Shown here: in pieces, positions 19,501 to 28,453 of the stretch
Numbering within the stretch: position 1 is the first letter of the stretch
Layout of the letters: each line of letters opens with the position of its first letter
Source: a virus
Reading direction: 5' to 3' (one strand)
DNA length: 64,000 nt
IMG/VR virus record: IMGVR_UViG_3300043427_001796
Translations under genes and position numbers: made by a program
Notes under the pieces: generated by a model
The model's input: only the letters and a program-made list of their open reading frames with translations
What the model was told of the DNA's origin: nothing
The model's database searches: none

Positions 19501-21929
19501 AAATAGCACCAACTGAAACAACCGCAATTGATCCAAATACAGGATTACCAGATCCAAATGCTCCTTCTGTGACTAGAAGTACAACTGTAGTTGGGTTACT
19601 TCCAAAAACAGTTATCTATAATTCCTTAGGAAAAGTTATTAAAAACAAACAGTCCATTTATCCAAGAGAACTTTCTCTCACTGCCAATGGATTGACAGAG
19701 ATTTCTTTGGTTAAGTGTGTTGCGTGTCCAGGTTTTGCACATACATATCAGACTAATGTATCATCTGGATATGTTGGAGACGAAAGATATTTTGAGTTGC
19801 TAAGAATTGGAACTGATGGAAATGGAGATGCAATATATGATTATGGAACTCCAGATTATATTAATCAACAGCAAACAGTTGCTGCTAGATTTGAAATTAG
19901 TAAATTAGGAAGACAAGTTTCTCTATCGTCTGGTAGTAATCTTGTAAATGTTCTTGGATTTGCGGATGTAAATGGTGAACCTGACAAATCACAACCATTT
20001 ACATCAGGAAATCGCATGAGATTTTTGAGAATTGGAGATGTTATAGATCCCGACAGATTAATATGGACTCAATCATATCTTCTTTCTCAAGGAGTAGAGA
20101 ATTGTTATATTACTGATATTAATTTATCGAATAACACATTTACTACTAACATTCCATCTCCCTCATCATCCACAGGAACACCATTAACTATTCAACCTCT
20201 ACTTTTCTTTGAACTTGATTATAATGCTAAGGTGATTGCCGAAAAAGTTTGGTTAACTTACTTAGATATTCCTTTCCCTGGAACTACAGACTTTGCTGAA
20301 AATTCTGGTATAACTTACTCATCTCAGATTAAAATAGGCGATACTTATAAAAATGCCATCGGTGTTACACTTGTTTCTTTATGGACTGTCAATGAAAATC
20401 TGATAAGATCACTTGGGGGACAGGTATTTGAGGCAATCCAGTATAAAGTTCCAAGAGCACTACAGAAATTTGAGAGATTTGGTGACTCTGAGGTAAGGCA
20501 AACTACTTATAGATATCCATGCAGATTGAGTCAGTATAAGTCTATTGCTGCTTCTACTTTCCCAGTTTATGGTAAAGACAATAGTATTCTTGCTTTAATC
20601 CCTAGGAATGTAGGTTCTGTAGATAATGGATCCTTCAGTTCAAATCAACGAGCAGACTTTAGACTTGGAATTACCCCATTTAAACCAACACAAGCATCTC
20701 CAAATAGTCCAATTCAATGGGAGCGCCCAGCAACAGGAGAAGTTATAAGTCAGGAGAATTTTACTGAGCAATATAAATTATATGCAGAAAGATTCGCTGA
20801 GGCATTATTCAGAGATGCAGAAGGATTTGAAATTTCTGAATATGATTATGGTAGAGTTCCAGTGTTTACAGTAGATTATCGTATTCCCGATCCTCCCGGA
20901 ACAAATAGTGGAAGATGTTCTTATTGTAATATTACTGTTGGATCTCCTGAGATTAATTTTGTTCAGCAAATTCCGGCATCTTCTATTAGTAGTGTGGTTG
21001 ATGAATCATCCGGGAAAAGTATTGCTGAACTTTTTGCTGATGTGAACTCTACATTTGATGCAAATGCATATTACTTGAGAAAAGCTGGTGGACCGTTCTT
21101 AGATTACAATGCTCAGGGAGGGGAGATAGGATATAATAATTTAAATCCAAGTCAAAATGGTGTGGACTTTGATGATCCAGATAATATTCCCCAGTTAGGA
21201 TCTGGTGTTAGATTTGCTAGCGATTTTGTTACATATACTATCTCAGGTCAAGGACAATTTACTGTTGTTAAACTATCAGGAACAAATGTATTCAATAATT
21301 TAACTGGAAGACTTGTAAATGCTACTAATGCTACAGATGTTTACATTTATAATATACCTGTATTCCTAGAGTCCTTCAGAAGATTGTCTAAGAAATCTTT
21401 TGACTTTAATCCATATCCTCTCTATTTCTTTATGGAAATGAGAGATAACTGTAGGATTAATTCTCCAACAATTCGTGAATTTTCTCAAGTTCAAAATACA
21501 TATAACCCAAGATGGATTGGATCCCCTTCAGTGACTCTTGAAAATGGTAGTATTGATGGTCAATTATTAGAGGTTGGTGAGATAGGACAAACATCTCTCA
21601 CAACAGGAGATCAAGAAAGTTCTCCGCCAAACTTCACCTCTGAGAATAGACTGTCTTCTGCTTTAGTTGATACGCAAAGCACATCACAATTGAGACCATA
21701 TGAAGTTGTGGATAGATTTTATGTTGGTGGAAATCTAGGGAACCCTGCCGATGGCACTGATGATCAATATCAAACAAAACAGTTAGATCTTTCAATGATA
21801 TTTGGACCACAACGAGAAACGATTACGCCTGATCTTCTAAATACTACAGCATACTTCTTTGTTGCAACGTCAAGAGACATTGCTAACACAACAATTGCTG
21901 GAACTCTAAACTACATCGAACAACAGTAA
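16566..21929 (+). CDS. Large virion structural protein, paralog of 12729..16562
   Basis: 1787 aa; FRYQPGRISG, MYKIEFGWYG, YIDGGDDGT. Confidence 0.8.
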   Translation: MSGLDIRIGHDKQPAPVVPSNQPLYNLQTGQVLTDSGGTILVSEQNITLSSEAVSSKATSIVFTDEGKTFKQIDYRLTGKNFFILNDSILSIEVINPGGGFVNGGDFVLSSDGDGNGVVTYIVDSLTGSLSSIIPKTGSSGSNYVAGTQFTIPSPSGQPLNNAVARITGVGTLVSGEGTKFTSELQIKNKLVLPTGELVGVVTGKGVPAIVSAGNSYNQGDIVKAATGDGLVIRVDSVGNGQIASYTIIQGGKGYVTGTVTLNTGTASGSTPAQINIIASTVPANELRSVSSVQDDSTVFLSLAVTNQKPLVSVGVGKFSGVGAIYRRDTRQVDPVLPIEEQFPLFSEVSSSILGIPKAETQLGLFSNVSTYGLDNDDFLFYSTDPSENSPFEWVTRRNREYGKHYRSTYIEGKEESAIIIGSYPQSYSYSYPPGPSSTTSVTSTSHKKFCNFIKLGMLLYDYFKPTSPSPARGDGAATSGLTDTGYALNFFPYVASFASTDLEYVLGDDPRITNKQFPYYDNNEALISPFLAGENIYYIGDTVDGVPKPGVEPIGTLRTYSLFDGTIHFNEDVGFLWTEWKNRPGTTNDTYFTVIGETSKSTVNINGDMQFKSPGLMFRNLVFPLNQAYNTFGDLCNQCDTLETSWKKLNRLQLTIPGQGLLTPNDVENLPDIVKYIIGIDFGIGLTISPINDSLPGAGPASVSRAFLISRKAFRYQPGRISGYTFGVRASGDATTNAVRLEWGISNDTDELVFQVEGANINIVRRSVVPLSDSVMERNILNPGSPDFKTFRESTYADILTDENTSVAQKIDAIEPYFDGDQIITTLDSNNDAQGGGDSTFSGLIDKPVFETKIPRDLWNGDPLNGNGPSGWNLKIEDVTMYKIEFGWYGAIGVKFYVYVPVNNNEARWVAVHTLVIENSIGRPSMGDPYFKFKYAVVNEGPASVDTPQFVYKYGTSCYIDGGDDGTIKVNSVTSEPKIAPTETTAIDPNTGLPDPNAPSVTRSTTVVGLLPKTVIYNSLGKVIKNKQSIYPRELSLTANGLTEISLVKCVACPGFAHTYQTNVSSGYVGDERYFELLRIGTDGNGDAIYDYGTPDYINQQQTVAARFEISKLGRQVSLSSGSNLVNVLGFADVNGEPDKSQPFTSGNRMRFLRIGDVIDPDRLIWTQSYLLSQGVENCYITDINLSNNTFTTNIPSPSSSTGTPLTIQPLLFFELDYNAKVIAEKVWLTYLDIPFPGTTDFAENSGITYSSQIKIGDTYKNAIGVTLVSLWTVNENLIRSLGGQVFEAIQYKVPRALQKFERFGDSEVRQTTYRYPCRLSQYKSIAASTFPVYGKDNSILALIPRNVGSVDNGSFSSNQRADFRLGITPFKPTQASPNSPIQWERPATGEVISQENFTEQYKLYAERFAEALFRDAEGFEISEYDYGRVPVFTVDYRIPDPPGTNSGRCSYCNITVGSPEINFVQQIPASSISSVVDESSGKSIAELFADVNSTFDANAYYLRKAGGPFLDYNAQGGEIGYNNLNPSQNGVDFDDPDNIPQLGSGVRFASDFVTYTISGQGQFTVVKLSGTNVFNNLTGRLVNATNATDVYIYNIPVFLESFRRLSKKSFDFNPYPLYFFMEMRDNCRINSPTIREFSQVQNTYNPRWIGSPSVTLENGSIDGQLLEVGEIGQTSLTTGDQESSPPNFTSENRLSSALVDTQSTSQLRPYEVVDRFYVGGNLGNPADGTDDQYQTKQLDLSMIFGPQRETITPDLLNTTAYFFVATSRDIANTTIAGTLNYIEQQ

Positions 21930-21931
21930 AG

Positions 21932-24900
21932 ATGGCAATTAAAAACGAAAGAATTTTTGGTCTCGCAGTTCCTCTATCTTTAGCTGATATACCGGATAGA
22001 GAAGAGGCACTGCTTAACATATCTCTAGACATTAGAGATATTGATATAATTCGTGAAGTATCTCTTACTGGATTTGATACACTAGATTTGCAGACTTTAT
22101 CTAATCTCAATGTTCCCATCTGGAGAACTTTTGATAGATATATTACTGATGTTCTTACATATAATGGTCAGTTAAGTTCTTCCGCAGGAGTTGATTTTAG
22201 AACTAGAGGAAACTTAGAAGTTCTTGGTCCATTATCATCTACTGCATTTAGATATTCTTTGTTGGAATCCTCCGGTCAAACTCCAATTCTTAGGTGGGGA
22301 GATATTTCAACTTCCCGTGTAAGTTCTTGGAGTTCAATTAATGATGCTATTGTGTATGGAGCTGATGTATCCATCAACGGAAAGTTATCAATAGGTTCTT
22401 TGAGAACAAGACCCATACCACAACAAAGAACATTCTCATCCGAAACTCCAACACATAAAATAAAATTAAGAATTAATGGAGTTGAACAATTTTTATTAGT
22501 AATGAAAGGAATTCCAATTAGATTCAAAGGATTTTTCCGTGATTTTTCTTCTTCGGTAGGGTATAGTGGTGGAGCTCCAGTTAGTTGGAGGGTGTATAAT
22601 ACAGATGGTAGTGGACAGATACAAGACTTTCCAAATATTATATCGAGTTCTTCATCATCTAATTTTAATTATGGATCTCCTTTCTCGTCATCTAAAACTA
22701 TTGAAATTTATAAAAACCCACTTGAAATAACTACACTTTCTCTAAGTAATTGCAGTATTCAAGAACTTCCAAAGTCTAGACTTATCAATCTTTCATCACT
22801 GACCTTTGAAAGTAATGGTCTTATTGAATGTCCTAATTTTGTTTTCTTTACTCCTGCAGTTCAGACCCTAAGGATACAAAATAATCCATTCTTTAATTCT
22901 AATGATGCTAAGAAAAGATATTTCAGCGAAGAAGTTTCCAGAAATTTTCCGAGCACAATTAGAACGCTAAACATTATCGGATGTTTCAAAGCAGGATTTG
23001 AACAGCATACCTTAAGAAATCTCGGATCTTTAACTACCTTGAGTGCTTCTAGATCTCTATTTAATGGAGCATACTTCTATCCCGATAGTGTTAATCCTAA
23101 TGGAGAACTTCCAACTTTTTATGGTATATCTGGAAATTCTGGATCTCATTCGATTGCAACAATTGATTTTACTAATAATGATTTCAGAACTATTCCAGCT
23201 GGTAGACAAGGTGGCATAGATAGAAATCCATTTGATCCTCCTTCTGGACAAACTTTCCCACCAAAAGGATATAAAACTAATTTCTCTGGCAATGGAGGAG
23301 CTCAGAGTTTTGTTAACGGAACCTATCAGAATGTTCCTGTAGTTAATATTACTGGCAGTGGTGAAGGAGCTACTGCTGATATAACAGTTTCAAATGGATT
23401 TATTTCCTTCATTCAAATAAAAGATCCAGGAAAATCATATCAAGTTGGGGATACTTTTACTGTCTCTACTACGACACTTGGAAATCCTACAGCTCAGCAA
23501 CCTGTATTTGAAGTTCTTAGAGTATTTAATACACTTAGTATTGAAGAATTAACTAGTATTGTTTCTTTAGGTTTGACTTCAAATACAAGTCTAGGATCTA
23601 CTAAAAAATTCTTTACTCTTAACTGCGGAAATAATATAACAACCGTTAGTACATCTTATACAGCATTACCTATTGCAAATTGTTCAAACTTTACTTCTCT
23701 GCAATCATATTCTCATACTTTTGGATCTAATAGGAGATCTGTTCATAGTCAGTGGAATGGATATATTGGTAGAGGTTCAGTAACTGAAATTGAAGTATCA
23801 AATCAAGGAACTTCTGGGTATGTAAATGGTAATGTTACAATAACCGGAGGAGATGGATCTGGTTTGATTTTAAATATTACAACATCTGCAGGAAAAGTTA
23901 TTAGTGCTACCATTGTAGATGGTGGTGAGGATTATAAAAGAGATCTTACAGGAACAATAGCAATTCCTGGTGGTAGTGGTGATGCTAGAATAAAAATTCT
24001 TGATAATACTTATCCTAGATCAGATTTGGAGAATTTTAAGTTTGCTAACTGTGCTGCTTTAACTGCACACAACAGCAGTTATTCTGACATTAGAGGATAT
24101 CTACCAAGATATTTTGGATGTCCAGCTTTGACAGCTTATGATTATTATGCAACTAATAATATTGTATCTGGAAGACCAGGAAAAAGAAAGATCGTTAAGT
24201 TATTTGATTCGGGTGGAATACTAGAACCTCTTGGTGGTTACATTATCGAAAACCAAAACGGATCATCATCTCCAGGATATACTCCAGGAACTTATTCAGT
24301 TCAAGATGATGGAACTCTTTCAAATCCAATACAACCAGCTGTTGTGCAAGTTGTTGTTGGATCAAATGGATTTCCATCCAGTTATACTATAGTATCATCT
24401 GGTTCTGGTTACACAACAAGTGATCAATTACATTTCGGTGCAGTTAATTTCAATCCACCTAATACTAATAACTTAAATAAGAATCTAGTAATTAATATTA
24501 CCAGCGTTGTTTCCGGTGCAATTGCTCCAAATAATGGTGATTTTGTTCCATCTAGTACATTCTCTTTAACTGATACAGGAAAAGGAAGTTTTTGTGGCAT
24601 TAATGCACAGGTTCAAATTGTTACAGATTCTTCTGGATTTATATCTACTTACTCATTAACTTCACCAGGAATAGATTATGTTAATAATGAATTCGTAGTG
24701 GTGAATGTGCCATTAGAACTTGGAGGAACTGGAGAAGTCCAACTTAAAATACAAGAAGCTGAACCAGCTAAAATTTTATACAACGATCAATTCAGCACAA
24801 ATACAAACATTACTAGTGTAGATATTAATATTAATAATGTTAATTTTAAGGGAGAAATAGAACCAGATGCATTTGCTCCATTAAAAGATAAAATGTCATT

Positions 24901-26857
24901 CCTTAGATTGGAAAGTAATGGTAGAATTACTGGAAGTTTCCCTAATATCGAAGACAATACTGCATTGAGAACAGTATACTCTGCTGGGCAAGGTTGGTCC
25001 GGACCTTTACCTTCGTTTTCTCAAGCAACTGCGTTGAGTAATTTGCGTATATCTGATAATAAATTTAGTGGTCCATTCAATTTAACTGATAAACCTGAAT
25101 TATATTATGTCGATATTAGTAATAATAAACTTACCTCAATTGAAGATGGAATTATTTTATCTAATCTTGAATATCTTTACTTAAGTAATAATTTATTTGG
25201 AAGAAATCCAACCACAGGATTAGATGATTCTACCACTGGCATATTTCCAAACCTATCAGACTCGACTCCAAATGTAAAATATGTTCAATTGAATAATAAT
25301 AATTTCACAAATTATATATCGGGATGCTTTAAAAAATTATACAAAGTAATATCATTTGACATATCAAATAATAAATTATCGGAATCAGCTATAGATCAAA
25401 TACTATTTGATTTTGTTGATAACTATAGTGCTTCTCCTAGAGGTGGTGTTCTTCTTAATTTACAGGGAAGCAATATGTCTAGACCATCACAATTCCCGCC
25501 AATTAATGGAACACTTCTTGATGTTGATGATCCCCCAGATCCAACAGTTTCCAATGGTAACATTACAAGTTTAGGAGGAAAGATAACTGGAACTGCAATT
25601 AATGCTAGTTTAATTCCGGTTAAGAAAAATTATGTTGGAGTTGCAACTACTAGTAGTGGCAGTGGATTTGGTGCTACATTTACAATTGATGTAGATGTTA
25701 ATTCTGTAAAGAATGTTGTTGATTCTGTAAACTCAGTCGCCTCTCCTTCTTCTTTACCTGGAGTAATTCAAAGTATTCCTGGAACATTCTCATGGTCTGC
25801 CGGATCGAATTCGATTCCTTTAACTCCTGGTAATTATACTCTTACTCATGACTCTACTAATGCAGGATCAAATTCTGCTAACGGAACAGGAGCAAGCATA
25901 TCATTTACAATCGAAGCGGATGGTATTCCTCAAGGAACTGTTGGTATTGTGAGCTCTGGTGATGATGGAACTAATAATATGGCAACTGGATATGTTGCTG
26001 GTGCAATTTATTCTGTTACTGGAACGGGAACTGGATTAAGAATAAGAGTTCTTACTGTAAATGTTCGTGGTGGAGTTGCCACTGCTGAAATAGTAAGTGG
26101 ATTTGCTGGGTCTGGATATGGCATACCAAGCGGATCAGAAACTGTTACTCTTGGTGCTCCAATTACAGGAGGTGTTTCTTCACCATCATCAAATGCCACT
26201 GTTAGTTTTAATGTTCGTCGTAATTTTAATCCAATCAACCTTGCCTTAGTTCAAGGTGGAGATGGATTCACGAAACAATCTAATGTTGACAAAGTTGTAT
26301 TGAATATGAATGCTGCAGGGACCGGAGCGCAGTCTGGAAATTATCTCTTGGTTAATCTTGGTAATGTTAGAGAATATACTAATGGAACAGCAACATACAC
26401 TACTACTTCTGCAACTGGTAGTGGTGCAGAAATAAGTGTTACTGTCACTAATGGTGGATTTGGTGGAGGAATCATAGGAACTGTAGTAAATAAACCTGAT
26501 AATGGAGGATATTCTTTAAATCAGTTATTAACAGTTACATTACCTGCACTAGGAACAGCGTCAACGTTGACTGCTACATTCACTGTCTCTGCTATTAAAG
26601 CAGATTATTATAGAGCAGGAGATTTGAATTATACTGTAACTCAAATAAATACAGTTGGTGAGGGATATGCAAACCTGGATGTTATAACTACTTCTAATAC
26701 AATTGAATTTGTAAACCAATCTGGAAACACCGTTTTCCAGTCATTGGAATTTAGAGTTTCTAGCATTCAGCAATTGATTAATAAATCTGTCAAACGTGGA
26801 CAGGGTGCAGTAGAATTCCTCAGAAGCAAAGGTTGGACAGTACAGGTAACTACTTAA
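21932..26857 (+). CDS. Virion structural protein with leucine-rich repeats
   Basis: LxxLxLxxN repeats (LEYLYLSNN, LSNLRISDN, VISFDISNN) interleaved with GSG...GxGY modules. Confidence 0.8.
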   Translation: MAIKNERIFGLAVPLSLADIPDREEALLNISLDIRDIDIIREVSLTGFDTLDLQTLSNLNVPIWRTFDRYITDVLTYNGQLSSSAGVDFRTRGNLEVLGPLSSTAFRYSLLESSGQTPILRWGDISTSRVSSWSSINDAIVYGADVSINGKLSIGSLRTRPIPQQRTFSSETPTHKIKLRINGVEQFLLVMKGIPIRFKGFFRDFSSSVGYSGGAPVSWRVYNTDGSGQIQDFPNIISSSSSSNFNYGSPFSSSKTIEIYKNPLEITTLSLSNCSIQELPKSRLINLSSLTFESNGLIECPNFVFFTPAVQTLRIQNNPFFNSNDAKKRYFSEEVSRNFPSTIRTLNIIGCFKAGFEQHTLRNLGSLTTLSASRSLFNGAYFYPDSVNPNGELPTFYGISGNSGSHSIATIDFTNNDFRTIPAGRQGGIDRNPFDPPSGQTFPPKGYKTNFSGNGGAQSFVNGTYQNVPVVNITGSGEGATADITVSNGFISFIQIKDPGKSYQVGDTFTVSTTTLGNPTAQQPVFEVLRVFNTLSIEELTSIVSLGLTSNTSLGSTKKFFTLNCGNNITTVSTSYTALPIANCSNFTSLQSYSHTFGSNRRSVHSQWNGYIGRGSVTEIEVSNQGTSGYVNGNVTITGGDGSGLILNITTSAGKVISATIVDGGEDYKRDLTGTIAIPGGSGDARIKILDNTYPRSDLENFKFANCAALTAHNSSYSDIRGYLPRYFGCPALTAYDYYATNNIVSGRPGKRKIVKLFDSGGILEPLGGYIIENQNGSSSPGYTPGTYSVQDDGTLSNPIQPAVVQVVVGSNGFPSSYTIVSSGSGYTTSDQLHFGAVNFNPPNTNNLNKNLVINITSVVSGAIAPNNGDFVPSSTFSLTDTGKGSFCGINAQVQIVTDSSGFISTYSLTSPGIDYVNNEFVVVNVPLELGGTGEVQLKIQEAEPAKILYNDQFSTNTNITSVDININNVNFKGEIEPDAFAPLKDKMSFLRLESNGRITGSFPNIEDNTALRTVYSAGQGWSGPLPSFSQATALSNLRISDNKFSGPFNLTDKPELYYVDISNNKLTSIEDGIILSNLEYLYLSNNLFGRNPTTGLDDSTTGIFPNLSDSTPNVKYVQLNNNNFTNYISGCFKKLYKVISFDISNNKLSESAIDQILFDFVDNYSASPRGGVLLNLQGSNMSRPSQFPPINGTLLDVDDPPDPTVSNGNITSLGGKITGTAINASLIPVKKNYVGVATTSSGSGFGATFTIDVDVNSVKNVVDSVNSVASPSSLPGVIQSIPGTFSWSAGSNSIPLTPGNYTLTHDSTNAGSNSANGTGASISFTIEADGIPQGTVGIVSSGDDGTNNMATGYVAGAIYSVTGTGTGLRIRVLTVNVRGGVATAEIVSGFAGSGYGIPSGSETVTLGAPITGGVSSPSSNATVSFNVRRNFNPINLALVQGGDGFTKQSNVDKVVLNMNAAGTGAQSGNYLLVNLGNVREYTNGTATYTTTSATGSGAEISVTVTNGGFGGGIIGTVVNKPDNGGYSLNQLLTVTLPALGTASTLTATFTVSAIKADYYRAGDLNYTVTQINTVGEGYANLDVITTSNTIEFVNQSGNTVFQSLEFRVSSIQQLINKSVKRGQGAVEFLRSKGWTVQVTT

Positions 26858-28453
26858 ATGGCATTACTTAATCAAGGGTTTGTAAGAACTTTAAACTTAT
26901 TTGAAGCAGAAGATGCTAATAAAATATTTGAAAATCTTGCTGATGGTGTTACTATTCCAGCTGACTTACAAGTGTTTGCTGGAAATACTACAAACATAAC
27001 AAGATTAATATTTAAACCTGGGGATGTATTCTCTACCGCTACTAACCCATCAGATCCTGATGCTGGAACTGTATTTGAACAAAGAGATAAACTAGCAACA
27101 TTTGGCAATGGAGATCCAGTAAAACTTAGAGTTGCTCAATCGATATTTAATATTACTAGAAACTTATTAGATGCACAACAAGATGCCCTTGTTATAACTT
27201 ATAGCGGTGCTCATGGAATTCCTCAGGTAACTTTTACTCAAACAGAAGTTTATGTTTCTTTAGAAGGAACTTTATTTGCTAATGTAGCTACAGCACTTAA
27301 TCAAAAATTTTATCGTGCTCAATATTCTAGCACAACTCAACTTAGAATATTTGATGTTGGATATAAACAAAAACTTGAACTTATAGATCCTAATAATCCA
27401 AGTCTGGGATTTGAGGATGTCAATGATCCAGGTGAATTTGTTCAGGTTGGAGATATTGGTGCTCCAACCGACTACTTTCCATACAGCACCAGTCAATTTT
27501 TTCCATTCCCCACAGTATTGACTGGGGATCAAGTATCTTTCGACCAGACATACTATATTGTATTCTCTGATGCCGTAACTACATTTAGAGTAGGTAGAAA
27601 TTATAGTAGAACTCAATTAATTCAACAACTTAGATTTAATACCTCAGAATTAGCAACAAAAAATATTATATTTGAGAGATCAAATGCAACAAATAAGAAA
27701 AATTTAGAGAATCTTGCGAGACCTGTATTTGAAGACGAGTTTTTTACATTCACTAGTGGAGCATTAAATAGAACATTTGGTGATAATTTTGATGACTTAG
27801 AATCATATCTTGATAATGCTAATTTCTTTAGACAAAAGAAATTCTTGACTAGCGAAGATAATTTATTTGATGTAACTGAAATTGGAAGTGAGGGTGTAAT
27901 AACAACTACAGATACTGATATATTTAATTCGGAAGTATCCGATTTATTTCAGGATACTAGTCCCGGTGTATATATTTTAAATAAAGATGCTTCTAGTATT
28001 ATTGTTGATCCACCTGTAATTACAAAACTCAGGGCATATTCTGATAATACACAGCCATGGTCATTACTTGCGGGACCACCTGATATCTTGGAGTATCAAG
28101 TTTTGCGGAATCCCATTACAAATCTTCCTAGATCTGCCAGTGCTCAAGAAATGCAAATTGGAAATCTAAGTATTGGAGATACATCCAATGGATACATAGA
28201 AATTGCTAGTGGAAATACTAGAACTCCAGGTGAGTATTTTTCTGGAGTTCAAATTCTTTCAGGAACTCAAAGACGTTTAGATCTATCTGATTATGGTATA
28301 TCAAATGCACAAGTTTATGCAATAGATACACAGAAGTATAGATTTACACACAAAATTGATTGTATAATTGATGGAGAGTTTTACAGTCTTTGTCTCACTA
28401 AAGATATTGGTAATGATAATGGAACTGGAGCAGGATCTGATCCATTAACCTGA
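26858..28453 (+). CDS. Probable virion structural protein
   Basis: 531 aa, co-transcribed; C-terminal FTHKI...IDGEFYSL fibre-type motif. Confidence 0.7.
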   Translation: MALLNQGFVRTLNLFEAEDANKIFENLADGVTIPADLQVFAGNTTNITRLIFKPGDVFSTATNPSDPDAGTVFEQRDKLATFGNGDPVKLRVAQSIFNITRNLLDAQQDALVITYSGAHGIPQVTFTQTEVYVSLEGTLFANVATALNQKFYRAQYSSTTQLRIFDVGYKQKLELIDPNNPSLGFEDVNDPGEFVQVGDIGAPTDYFPYSTSQFFPFPTVLTGDQVSFDQTYYIVFSDAVTTFRVGRNYSRTQLIQQLRFNTSELATKNIIFERSNATNKKNLENLARPVFEDEFFTFTSGALNRTFGDNFDDLESYLDNANFFRQKKFLTSEDNLFDVTEIGSEGVITTTDTDIFNSEVSDLFQDTSPGVYILNKDASSIIVDPPVITKLRAYSDNTQPWSLLAGPPDILEYQVLRNPITNLPRSASAQEMQIGNLSIGDTSNGYIEIASGNTRTPGEYFSGVQILSGTQRRLDLSDYGISNAQVYAIDTQKYRFTHKIDCIIDGEFYSLCLTKDIGNDNGTGAGSDPLT

